64,000 nucleotides of DNA, taken from NCBI GenBank assembly GCA_013265495.1, contig MU063710.1, forward strand, positions 2,260,271-2,324,270. Direction: 5' to 3'. Positions 12,925-29,170 of the stretch are shown here, one piece after another (the stretch's first letter is position 1; every line of letters begins with the position of its first letter). The DNA comes from Vicugna vicugna (taxonomy: Eukaryota). Made by a program: the position numbers and the translations under genes. Below the pieces are notes generated by a model that did not search any database, was not told the DNA's origin, and saw only the letters and a program-made list of their open reading frames with translations.

Positions 12925-15900
12925 AATAAATTTAATGTTTAACTTCTTTATTTTCTCCCAGAATATTTCAATATTGAAACCCAAATTGTTACTTAGAGAA
13001 AGGGAAAAACAGAGAAACATGAAGAAACAAATATTCCATTTCATTTAACTTATATGGTATTGTGAGCAGTCACTCGTGTAGGCAACACTTTTGTTTCTTT
13101 GTAGAAAAGAAATAAAAAAACAAACAGCACCATTAAAGAATGCATGATCCCTGAATTCTAAACCAAACACTGTCTAAAAGTCGTTTCAATGCTTGTCGCA
13201 CTCCGTCACATTGAGTCAGGTATGAAAGCAAGCGTAACAGTATTAAATTGTAGCAGTCTTACTGAATCAACTGCTCCCCCTTCTGAGAATTTTACACACC
13301 TTTTCTGAGTTTTTCCTGTGGGAATAACAGATTCTTTGGTTGAGGACTGAAGGAGGGTTTTACTTTTCTCTATGCCGACATAAAATGTCTATGTACGTTC
13401 AGGGCCTCTGCCCCCAATCTGTGTTTGTCATGCGTGTTCTGTTTGGGTTGATTTCACATTTTGCTGTTACACTGTAAGAGGAATACCGCCTTTAAAAAAA
13501 AAAGGCATTAAATGGCTAATGTCAAACAGATGTAAACATTCAGAATACTGACCGAAGGGGGAAAAAAAATACACACAAACACACATTTAAAAAAAAACAA
13601 ACCAAAAAACTGAAGAAACTGTACTGAAAATCCGAATCAGTTTAGGTTTCCGTGAAGCCGGGGGGAAAATACAGCAGTACAAGAAGATGATGGCAACCAA
13701 GTAGAGCAATTTCTTGGAAACATTCATGAACAGTACAAATACAACGAAGTCTTCCTATTGTCTAAATTATCCTGCAACTATCAAATAGAGTACAAAGCGA
13801 AATAGTATGTGCTATAAAAAAAGGCAGCTCCTTTAAATTATAGTAAAAATGCTTTTTGTTCGCTTTACAGTGACAAAGCATGAGGACTGAAGACGACGAG
13901 ATTTCTATGTTCAGTGACATTTTGGCTATATAGGCCCCTGACAGTCTGCTGAGTTCCTTTGCCGGGACTCTTCACATTGTTCTCTGGAAACACGGACAGT
14001 GACTCCGGGCTCTGCGTGTTCAGTGGGCTCCTTCCTACCAGGCGGCGAGCGCGCTGCTGGCCTCCACCCTGGAGGAGGCCACCCTAAACTTGGCTTTAGC
14101 TCCTGTCACCTGGGACTTGACCAGACCAGGGAGGAGCTGGGAAACAGGCCACAGTAACTTCCTCTTTTGAAAACGTGTTGGTAAAGGGCACGGGGCTGCA
14201 GCATCGTGTTATCCTTACACTTGGCTGCGTTGGGCAGCACCGTAGGCACCGGCTTGTTTGTGTATGTTTGCTTTGAACGAGTGAGAATATCCAAGGTGGA
14301 GAAGCCAACTAAACCTTCTAGAGCTCATCCCAGAAACACGTACTTCCACAAAGTCTTTACAGCAACCAGGCTCAACCTCATAGGTTTGTTTTCAAGTTTT
14401 TCCTCCAGACTATAAACCTTAGCAAGGAAATAGTATATCTAACTACGGTGCTCAGGTCACCAGCGTGTCTGCTATTCTGGCTTTGGGGAAGGAAAAATAT
14501 TTTCATTTTGAAAATGAATTTGCATCAGAACGTCTGTATTAACATGCCCATTAACTACCTAAACGTCTTTAAACAACCTCAGGCATATGCATATCGTACA
14601 GGAGACGGGTGAGGGAATAGCAGTTTTCTTCCTTCCCCTGCTCCAAAAGTGCTACTTAGGGAAATACATCCTTTGTGATAATAATAATAAAAAATTACAC
14701 GTTAACATGTGCAAGTTCTACTCCTGACAGGGACAGCGGAGGGTCCAATCATGAGCATAATGCACACACTAAAAGTTGCACATTACACCGCCACCACCAT
14801 GTAGTAGCTAACATCCTCCATTAGCACACAGGCGGGCATCTGTGGAAATCAGGAAACTAAGAACCTGCTCACATAATTCAAATACACTGGCTTTTGTATA
14901 CGTATTACATGGCCACTTGTCAAATAGCTGACCCATATTTTATTTCTGAAATTTTCTTTCCATTTTTTTTTAGCCCAAAGATACTAATTTTTCAGTAATA
15001 TGAACCATATGCAAACATGAGGAACAGAAACTGGGGTGAAAAAAAGAGCAAGGGCAGAGAAAAATTCCACTCTTTGGACCTGGGTGACAGAATCCACGCA
15101 CGATCAGCAACTGATTCTCCAAACTTATTACGTGGAAAACAAGAACACAGAGGACACTTTTCTTTATCCCCAGGCAGTAACGTGCAGGCAGTATTCCACA
15201 GGGATGGGACTGATAATGAGCTCAGTGTCACGCCGGCCTCAATCATACCTCACAGGCAGAGTGCAAAGGTTCTGCAGACCGGAGTTTCAACCCCGTGTCA
15301 GTTACTGGTGCGGTAGTGTTGAATCTGCTGGTGTAGACAGTATCTGACACTGGAAGGGCGGCGACTGAATTGGGAAGAAGGCGTTGGCATGCGAGTGTCT
15401 ACCTTTTAGGGGTGCCCCTCTCTGAGACTAGAGCGTGCTCTTCTGAACCAGGACGACATCAGAGCCAAGCAGACCACAGAGATGCCACTGACGAGGACGC
15501 CACCCAAACCGCCTGGCGCAGAGTGAACTAGGGATTCGCTGGAACTTATGCGGCGATTCTTGGAAAGGGCTGGTTAAGTGCATTGCTAATATTCTCAGTC
15601 ATTAATTTTGTTAATTTTAATGTGAAAAACGGTCATGACAGCAACTGAAGTACTGAATCTCCGCCACGGAGGCAGGTCTTCTTTGCTTTGCCTTCTTGCT
15701 AAGACAGAACATCTTTTACTATCACCAATTTGTTAATAAAAATGAAGTCTCTATCATCTAATGGAATTTGGCAACATCACAGTAATAAATATGGAGGGAG
15801 GAAAAAAAAACATACTATGGTTGTTACTATAAAAAAATCACGTTTGTTTTTTTTCCCCAGGAATGTAATTTCTGCTCATTCCAGCTAATTTTTAAGACGT

Positions 15901-17516
15901 ATTTTAAGGGAATGTCAAAAGTCAACACTGATTAGAATGATCCCAAGTGAAAATATCTGTCATTCTTACCCTGGATACAGACGGATTCCCCCACCATGTG
16001 TTTTGAATTCTAACAGCAACAATCAGTCAATGGATTAATGGTACTCCACACCTTGTGCTCTGTAATCTGAAGTTAAATGGACGTGGTTTTTGTTGTCTTT
16101 CATCTTCCCACCACGTGCATGTGCTTTTGAACTTGCTTTAGGGAACAGAGCCTCCTGAATTATGGCTGTTCTCTGGCACGAGAATGACCAAAGTGTATGG
16201 GATGGAGCTCAAATACTCAACACCCAGACTTTACTGGATAAACACTGACAACAGGTATAAGATGCAGTATCCCTTTTTCAAAAGCAATTCCACTCCCCCA
16301 AACATGAAGAATGCACTGAGTTCACCTGAGGAGGGTGGGGAAACAAAACAAAACATGCAACACCTAGAACAATTTTTAAAATGAGGGCTATTTTAGAGTC
16401 AAATATAATTATATATATAGATCATGACTCATGAGGGAAAATTGTTCAGAAAAATGCCAACACTTCAGCCTTCTGTAGTCCCTTTTATCATCAATGACAC
16501 TTTAAAAAAGGTGGCCAAGCTCTTCAAAGTTGGAAGGCAGAATGCACTGGTGCCATCAATTAAGGGCTATGATCATTTTCCCCCAAATTTTAGTATCTAG
16601 TCATTGCATTCGAGTGAATAGAATGGACCAATATTTACACCATCAACCCATATATGTGTGTTTGCATACGTGGCAAGTTATTCGTTTGCTTTGAGTGTTA
16701 GAGCATCTTTTTCATGCTTGCTCTTAGAAGCCACGTCCTCTGGGCCTACGGCTCTCTGTTGGCCAACTGATCTGACAGTCTCCAGTGTCAAGGGGCTTGA
16801 ACCAGATCGCTGGGCATGAGACCCACGCTGTAACTGCAGGCAGAAGAGACATTTCACTACAACGTGTGTACTGTGTCCACGGCAGATCCAGAGAACCTGC
16901 CAGTCTCTGAAAAGAGTCAAAGGGAGGAAAGAGAATTCAGGACAGTGGAGTTCATCAGTGGCATACCTCCTTTAATGTGTCTTTTGTGAGATGAGTAAAT
17001 ACAAGGAATCATACACTTAAATCAGATTCCCCTTTCCAACTATGATTTAATCACTATGGTAAGGGTAGGTCCAAAAGAGTCAACGGTGGGAACCCTCGCT
17101 TTAATGCTCGCTCTACAGAAGAATGCAGAACCACCTTCGATGACTTTTACCACTCTCTTTCTACTTCTCCATTTCTGGTTATCATTCAATAATTTACAAT
17201 GTTCTTTTCCTATCTACACTTGGATTTAAAAAAAAAAAAGTGGGGAATGACCTGTGTACACGTGAATAGAAATTTCTCAAAGCTGCGAATGGCAACCAAA
17301 TACGTAAAAGACATGCTGCTAAGACCCCTCGGCCGGGACGCGATCTCCCCGATTCGAGAAATGCAAGAAAACAGCGATCCCATAGAGAAAAGAGAACCTG
17401 TTCCAAAGTAAAATAAATTACCACGATATAAACCACCGAGTTACTCAATTTCGCTGCGGCTGACGCCGTCTGGCTTTTCCATGTTGAAAAGGGATACTGC
17501 ATCTCTCACTCAGCTC
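12925..17516 (-). other. ASXL3: ASXL3 3' UTR (~4.6 kb)
   Basis: Runs from the stop codon to an AATAAA at 12952-12947; no recognisable interspersed repeats inside; length agrees with the long human 3' UTR as recalled. End point approximate. Confidence 0.75.
12947..12952 (-). terminator. Likely main polyadenylation signal AATAAA of ASXL3
   Basis: Minus strand reads gggagaaAATAAAgaagttaaacattaaatttattgtcatttttaattttttt, i.e. hexamer followed by a U/GU-rich downstream tract. Confidence 0.65.
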
Positions 17517-21193
<3,677 letters not shown>

Positions 21194-21619
21194 CTACAGT
21201 AGGGGGAAAACGGAAAGATAAAGTACGTGGGCGTGACACAGGGGGGCCCGCGGTCTGCAGGGTGAAGGACAGGAGGGGCTGGTTCTCCCTGAACGGGGCA
21301 TGAACTGCACCCGGAGCCCTGGATGCGCCTTCAGGGGGTAAAATGGCAACACACGCAGCGTGAATGTGGAAAATGAAATTTTTAATCTGTTTTTAATCTA
21401 CATCAACTGGAGATTTTATTTGGCATGGAAATGAAACCTCTTCTTAAAGCCTGATATAAAAGGAAACAAAACCCATGCTTCTTAAAATGAGGTTAGCTAA
21501 AAAGACTTAGATATATTTAGCTTTCAAATTATCTTCCTGGCTGGCATGAAAAAGTGGGACCTTAACTCTTATTTAAGTTTATCTGTCCTAATCTGACACA
21601 AAGGAAAAAGCCCTAATCA

Positions 21620-21720
21620 AGGGTCAGAAGACTAGAATTCTCAGCCTGGCTTGACTCAAAGGAATGCTGTGGCCCTGGGCAAATCATTGTGTACTTCAGT
21701 TTCTCCAGGGACCTCCCTGA
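21620..21720 (-). mobile_element. MIR fragment, intron 11
   Basis: gctgtggccctgggcaaatcattgtgtacttcagtttctcc. Confidence 0.5.
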
Positions 21721-22139
21721 CTCAGAGAGTCTGCAGGTTCCACCAAGTCCTATACCACCTAGCACGCCCCTTACACACGGAGAGTCAGCACACAGAAGGG
21801 CCTGTGGACTCAGCTGTCGAATGAGACGAGTTCTTTCTGGTCTGTTTCCTTCACAGAGCTGTTATAAAGATGGGACGAGACTACATTTGTGGGGGTGCTC
21901 TGCTTTCCAAAGGGATTTTTGTTATTATTGTTTTTTTGAAAGCAAGGGCCACTCTGGTTTTCTGCCTCTAAAAGACAGCATGGGTGGGGCAATTTATTTG
22001 ATATTGGAAATCCACAATTAGCTGAATTTCATGAACAACCCAGCCCACACTGTTCACCTACTCATGCCAATTTCGTGAGGCACGAGACCTAACAGCATCC
22101 CACAGCAATGTCTGTGATGCTCCAGTCACTAAAAATGTT

Positions 22140-22260
22140 CAGAGTCACAGACTCAGAGAGCTGGAAGGGATCTAGTTAAAGCCCTTTCCATTTACAGTTG
22201 AAAAACTGAGCCCCTGGAGATAGCCAGCCCTGGGTTCACACAACTAGTGAGTGACAGTCT
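22140..22260 (+). mobile_element. MIR fragment, intron 11
   Basis: ccatttacagttgaaaaactgagcccctggaga...cacacaactagtgagtgacag. Confidence 0.55.
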
Positions 22261-23869
22261 TTGGGCTCTCTGCTCTGTAATGCTGCCATGTACTGTGTTT
22301 CCTTTTATTTTCCCCTCCAGGGAAAGTTTTTCCTAGAAAATTTACATCTCTCTTCTTAACATATTATACTTGCATATATTTACATTATAAACATGTGACA
22401 CATGCTACAAGATCATATCAGTTTGGAATGATGCTTTAGAACTTTGGTAGAAGGAATTATCTTCCCGAGCTGTCTCATTTCTCATTTTCAGACTTGTGAT
22501 GTCTCTCTTCTAATCCAAAGGCTCCAAAAAAAGATGAATTTAGAAAAGGAATTCAGTTCTTCCTTTTAAATATTTCCCTCAGTTTAAAAAATCAAAAATA
22601 TTAAGCCTAACAATGTCAAATACACTTATTCTCTATTTCCTTATCTATCTTTATATAAAGTATATATCACTTTGAAAATAAGCTTGTGACAAAAAAAAGT
22701 TAGTGTGTTTAACAATATTTCCTATGGAAAGCATGCTTACATTTTTCTTTCCACTGCTTCAGAAATTAAAATGTACAGCAGGGTTTTAATGGGAGCTTAA
22801 TGTTCATCTTTTACATCTCCAGAATCTTTTTGAAACAGGGACTGCTTTATTAAATAGAGTAACTACAATCATGCTCTTAAAAGTCAACCTTAGGGAGATC
22901 ATGAGTCACATCTTAAAAGTAGATGTCAGAGCAGAGCAAAATAAAGAGAAAGAGGTTAAGAAAAACAAAGCTGGAGTATGTTTATAATTCTAGACCAATC
23001 GTACGATGGAGTAATTCATTTTATTGTAGGACAGTATAAATGGGCCGAGATAAAAGCACTAAATGAGTATAAATTATAGTGGGTAGGATTTTTTTTTGTA
23101 TTAAATAGAGAGTTTCTTTTGAATTAATCTTAATTTTCAGTTTACTGAGACAGAGCCAATTTATATAAAAGGTTTCTTTTCTGAGAGTAAAAATCCACCT
23201 GGGATCAAAATAAAATATATAAACAGGAATGTTTATTTACAGGCTTTATTACTTTGTGAAGTTAAATACCTCTTTACTATCTTGGAAATAAAGCAGTAGG
23301 ATTTGTATACCTATTTATCTACAGCGCTTTCCCTGAGGGTTTGCAAAGCAATTTCATTGATTTCTTAAAGGAATATTTAACGCAGCTCTTCCATAAGCCA
23401 GGTCCTCTCTGCTAGGCAGTGGGGTGCTCCAAGTTTGTTGGAAAGTGAATGAAGGGATAATACGTACCTTCGTGGCTTTCGTGTAGGTCGCTGACTTTTG
23501 ACTGCTACTGTCTCTAGTCCTACTGAACTTTTACAGGATGCTGAATTATTTTTCCAGCTTTTCCAAGTTTATGCAGGTCTCTGTCCTATACCTGGAGTCC
23601 CCCAGAGACCCTGCATCTTAATGGCCTGAGGGCTCCTCCGGGCCCTGTTCTCCCTTCTCATTTCTTTTTCCTGAAATGCCAAGGTCTAAATATATACATG
23701 TATCTAAACTTATCATATGAGCTCAGTGCAGCCTGAAAAGGGATCATTTAATATTAGACTGCTGCTGGGAGTCTCAGATTATAAGCTGTTACATTTACTT
23801 TTGAAAAATTAAGTATCTAAATAAGACAAGCCTGTCTATGACATTTCCTTTTAAAACCAAATGCCATAC

Positions 23870-25826
23870 CTTGAGAGGTGGAACCCTCGGTTCCTCTCTT
23901 GGGGGCTGCTCTTTCTCAGGTGGACTGCTGGACGAGAAGTTCCGGGTGGACGGGGCCCCCTCTATCCTAGCCCTCTTCTCCTTACAGGTCCCAAAGCTGT
24001 GCTGCTCTGCGGTTTTCCTCTTCGATATCTCAGATTCTCGACTTTCATTTCTTACCCCGTCCGGGGACCTGGAGGGCTCCGACAACTTGGAAGTATGCGA
24101 GGTCTCCAACCGAGTCTGTGAGCTTCCTTGCTTATGCATTTTATTTCTAGAGCCTTCTGAAAATGAGGACTTATCCGCTGATGAGACGTACTGCTTGTCC
24201 TGCAGCTTAGCGGATGGGAGCTCATTGCCCTTGCTCTCTGACTCTTCAGGAAAGACAGGTAATTCCAATGGTGAAGACATTCCTTTCTTTTCGGTTCTTT
24301 GCAGGACGTTATGATTTTTCACTTTTATCATTTCTGTAGAAGGAAGTTCTGGAATTGATGTAGGACAGGGCTTCTCAGTTTCAGCATGTGATTTGCAAGG
24401 CTGCGGATTCAGGGTCTTACTGTGCAATTCTTCTGATGAAAATGCTTCAGGAGTGATGGAAGAAGGACCCATTTTGATGGGTTCCGGAGTATTTGACAGA
24501 GTCTTCTGCTGAGAGATGAGGTTCTCTCCTAGGGGCTTGGCAGGGGTAGAACCTTCATCTTTCTGTGGGGAGAGTGGTTCTTCAGGTATGGAAGTTGGCT
24601 TTCTTTGTTGATGTGCCATTCTCTCATTCATCGAAGAATTAGAAATTGGAGAAGTTTCTGAAGGAAGTGGCAAACTGGATATAAAAGTGGTCTCAGATGT
24701 GAGAAGCATGGAAGACACTGAGGAAGGTTCTGATGTCAAAGGTAAATCGGACATGGGTGATGTTTCTGATGTTAAAGGTAAATTGGATACTGGGGATGCT
24801 TCAGAGGTTAGAGGTAAATTGGACATCAGAGATGCTTCTGATATTTCAGGTGAAGTGGATACTGGAGAGATCTCGGACATCAAGGATGCGTGGAGATTTT
24901 CATCAGTGGGGTTTCTCTGAGTATATCTGTCCGTGTTTTCAGTGCTGGACACCTCAGAACAAAATGTTGTCTCAAGGGAGGCCGGAGTACAGGATTCTTC
25001 GGAAGTGGACTGGGTTTCCCCTCCTGGGGATGTCAGGCTGGTGCCGGCTCCCTCTGGGCTCTCCGAGGAGAAGGACGTTTCAGAGACGCACGCATTTTCA
25101 GAAAGCTGTTCATCGGGCTCACTCTGCAGCTCCATGTCGACAGCAACTCCTTCACTGGGAAACTGGCCTTCTAAGGAAGATGACCCTGTCTTTATTTTTG
25201 GAGTGTTGGTCTCAAGTGCAGTTTCTGGCTCCTTGTGTTCGGTGTCACTGACATGAGTCCCAGGTGAGGCGGATGGAACGAGAGAGTCACAGACTTCCAG
25301 GTGATCAATGACAACAGACATTTCTTCCTGGGGAGATTCTGCTTTCTCTTCCACCTTCACTTCAGTATGAGGCAAAGTTTCTAAAACATCGTTCATGATA
25401 ACACAGGACTCCAAGTGATCCTCAGGAGGCGCTATAGGGGGCTCTTCGTGAGAATTGGCGGGGCTTGCGGACTCCTCGGAAAATTCAGCTATCGTCTTGT
25501 GATTTTCATCCTGGCATTCACAGATGCTAGTCTCCACCTCTTCTGCAATTTCCTCCTGAATCACAGATTCTTCGGGGATGAGGATGTCCTCTGATTCCGA
25601 TTCTGTCATTACATCTTTACCTACGTCTACCATGGGACAGAGCGTGGCACAGAAATCAGGCTCTGGAGAAGCTGGACTTCTCCTGCTTTCGGGGTGTTGT
25701 TCTTCCAAGGGCATCTGTGCAGGAAGAGCTGGAAGGCCTGAGGCCCCACACGGAGAACCATGCTCAGCTCCGTCACTGTTTGGTCCAGATGTAAGCTTTA
25801 CAGATTCCTCTCTTGACATGCCCAAC
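23870..25826 (-). CDS. ASXL3: ASXL3 exon 11 (1957 bp)
   Basis: Acceptor tttctgatcAG|G TTG GGC ATG ([12 protein letters not shown]) at 25826; donor CTC AAG|GTATGG at 23870; ORF 23795..25825 covers it; phase 0 donor joins exon 12 in frame; length equals the 1957 bp recalled for human exon 11. Confidence 0.96.
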
Positions 25827-27984
25827 CTGATCAGAAATTAGAAAAATTACATTATTGTTTGACCACAAAACATGAAAGATACAACTTAGACCTCACCAAA
25901 TACAGTATTCAATAGAAGTAAATGCATTAAGTTAATTTTATACACCAACATGCTTAATTTATGTAAATAATTTATGTAATTTATAAATTTATGTAAATCT
26001 ATGATGGCTTAGTTCTTCTACTGCCTTTAAATCATAATAAAAATAAAATCTACTTCTGGTTAAGAAAGGTATTGATTTTTATTCTCTAAGCAAGGAGATT
26101 TGAACCCTGCCAAGCGTTAGTAAAAGAAAGCTGCATACTACCAAAGACTAAGAAATGTGGGCAGAAAAGTAAAAGAATGTATAAGAGCTAAATTTTTGCT
26201 AAAAGTCAGAAAGTAGAAATATATCCTTAAAATAGAAAATTACACAGTCCTCAAAGGATGCAACATAACCAAATAATTAAGTTCAATAGAAGATGAGTAT
26301 GTCGTAAAATCCTGAAATTGAAATGATTAAGTTCTCTGAACGCAAGGTAAAAGTGATCACCTAATCGAAGACAATACGGAAACTTCACTGAAGAATAACA
26401 AACTTGGGGTGATCAAAGTGGATTCGTTGATTCTACTAGATTACATCTGTGTGAGGCAAGACTTTTAAGTTCTTTGATGTAGATCTCTTTCTGTAAAGAT
26501 ATTCCATCAAAGTATCATTTTGGAACATCAAAATATTCTATGATATCACAGAATATCAAGAAATAGCCCACTACTGTTCAGGTCACAAGGCAAAGTTAAT
26601 CAGAGTTACCATCAACAATACTGTAAATCACTATTTCCTGTCATAGTAAGTTACATGAGATGGTAGGAAAATACGCTGTTCTACATGAAGTTAAATTAGA
26701 GTACAGGCAATTACAAAGAGAAGCAGAAGAGAGAACATTTCCAGAGGAAGAAACATATTTGAGTGAAGAAATACAGCTCTAACAGGAAAACACCTCAGAG
26801 AAATCTTCTTCAAACTTTTACTTAAATCCTCAAAATGAAAAGGAGATAAAGTTGAATATACTTTTGGGGTATTTGATCACTGCCTTCTTTACTAAAATTC
26901 AGAAGGCTCTCAAAAGAAGATAGAGGATATGCCTTCATTATTAGTTTCTCTTCTTTCAACATTCCCTAAGATGGGTTCAAACTAAACCACAATTTATACT
27001 GTACTGAGAGGATCAGAATAATTATGCAACAAATACATTTAGAGCAGAATAATCAATTAGAAACAAGGTCCCATGGGGCGAGGTCAAGCACAGATACACT
27101 GATACTAGGTTAGATGGAGAACACACAGAATCTAGCCACTGGCAGCCAGATTTCAGCTAGTTGATTAATAAGAATATCATTAAATATATTTAATATTACT
27201 AAATATCGTATATGTATGTGATATATCTCTCATATGGAAAACAGCATTGTATAAAATATGCATGTAAACATTTTATTATTTTCATGGGAAAATAGATACA
27301 AGATGGCATAAGGCATAGAAGGAAGATGTTCACAGCATACCACGTAACCACACAAAAAAACCCTGCCCTCGAGAAATCTGGATCGTAAATCAACAGACCA
27401 ACTCCTATAACTATGAGTTAGCAAATACATGGGATCTCTAAAACTAAAGCGAATGCAGAACAGCATTCTATTATAGGCAGAGTAAGCCAATAAAAACCAA
27501 AATAAAGATCTTGGGAAAAATCAGAGCAATGAGAAGGCACATGGTGTCAGTCAACGGAAAATTATCTGATGGCAGGAAAACTTCCCTCACACGCTGAGGG
27601 AATGCAGGTAATCTAGAAACAAAATTAGACGGGCAGTCAATGAGATGTCCAAAATACATCCGTCATCCAATATGTGATCAAAGACAGGAAGAGACGAGCA
27701 AGGCGTAAGGGGACAGAAACTCTCTGAATAAACTACAGCAAGAAAAAGGTCGGTCAAGTAAAAGAACTGTTTGTATTTAGAACGCAGGGATGCTGTCGGG
27801 GGTAGGGTGGGGGGTGTGTTTACTCACAGTGCTGTCTTGGTCACTTGCCAGGGCAGGGGTCTTTAACCTGGCATCCATGACAGTCTACCAAGCCCCCAAA
27901 TTTCAGGTGAAAAACTGTAGGTGTGCGAATTTTTTCTGAGAAGGATTTGCAGTATTAAGACACTGAGCACATTACTTAACCACA

Positions 27985-28125
27985 CTGTAAACCTGGGGAA
28001 ATTACTTAGTTTCATCGTCTCTCAGTTTCCTAAACCCTTTTAAAAATAAGAATAATAATGGTATCCACCTGATAGGATTGTTGGGAGGATTAAGTGAAAC
28101 AACATTGGCAAAGCTCAGTAATTTG
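27985..28125 (-). mobile_element. MIR SINE, intron 10
   Basis: acctggggaaattacttagtttc...ctcagtttcct...ataggattgttgggaggattaagtga. Confidence 0.65.
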
Positions 28126-28411
28126 CTCAGGGTCTGCTCAGTGATTAATGTGCTGACGGAGGAAAAGCTCTCTGGAGGGTCCCTACAACACAGGCTCTCT
28201 GGCGTCTGGGACGGTGTTTGGCACATTCACGCTGGATGAATTTTGTTGACTTAATAAAAGAACTGGCCCAGTACTCAACAGAACCTAAGGATCAGTGCTT
28301 TGGAGGTAACGAGCTTGCTCTCCTTCCGCCCTTACTGCAAAAAGCGCTCCCAACATTCTCTTTGTCAGAAAAGGCAAGGAAGGCCCCCTGAGTGGTCTTC
28401 GATGCCACCCT

Positions 28412-28590
28412 CCAGGGTTCTTAATTCTGCTGGGCATCCGCTTGATGGGGAAGCACCTAAGAATACAGATTCCTGGGCTCAGCTCCTGGGCATCCCCCAT
28501 CAGTATGTCTGGGGTGGATGTTGGGCATCTGCATCTGTTTTTAAAACTCCAAGGAGGATTTTGATGCAACTGGGCTTGAGTAATACTGCG
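28412..28590. mobile_element. MER5A-like hAT element, intron 10
   Basis: ccagggttcttaa...aatacagattcctgggctc...tctggggtggatg...tttttaaaactcc...gcttgagtaatactg. Confidence 0.6.
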
Positions 28591-29151
28591 GGTAACTGTA
28601 TAAGAAGGCATATATCTAGACTGCCATGATTTCAACACTTGAGAGAAGACGTTAATTTTATCTCCTTTTAGTTTTGCTTCAATACGTATATGTACCCAGG
28701 GTGTGAGGGCAGCAACTGAAAAGGAACTTTCCTACTCACACTCATGGGGACCGCAACTCCAGACAGCTCGCCAGAGGCCACCCTTGTGTAAGCAGACTGT
28801 TCATCACGTGGGTCCTCTCGATGGGGGACTCCCCCGATGACAGGGGGAGGTTTGTGAATTGAGACCAAATGGTACAGGTTTGGTGGTTGCCTGCCACCAC
28901 CACTGTGTCTTGTACACAAAACGACTTTCAAGCACTAGTATGTGGGGATTAAAGCACAGACCCCTCTACCCAGGATGAACTAAAGTTGCCACCAACTGTT
29001 GGCTCTTAACTCCCCCTTTCTTTCTTAGGGATCTGACAGTCTCTGAGATGCGGGTTGTGCCCAAGTACGGTTCACCGCGAGGCAAAGGAGAAACTACTTC
29101 CAATTCTAGTTTAGCCACTACCACATTCTCATGAGGCCGGTATTATATTTA

Positions 29152-29170
29152 ACACACACACACACACACA
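29152..29170. repeat. (AC)n microsatellite, intron 10
   Basis: Seen directly. Confidence 0.9.

Noticed and set aside
13991-14003. REST/NRSF site (CACGGACAGTGAC)
   Set aside because: Only the right half matches; the TTCAGCAC left half is absent.
23838-25841. Plus-strand ORFs opposite exon 11, including the repetitive [19 protein letters not shown]... peptide
   Set aside because: Antisense mirror of the ASXL3 frame and its 36 nt repeat.
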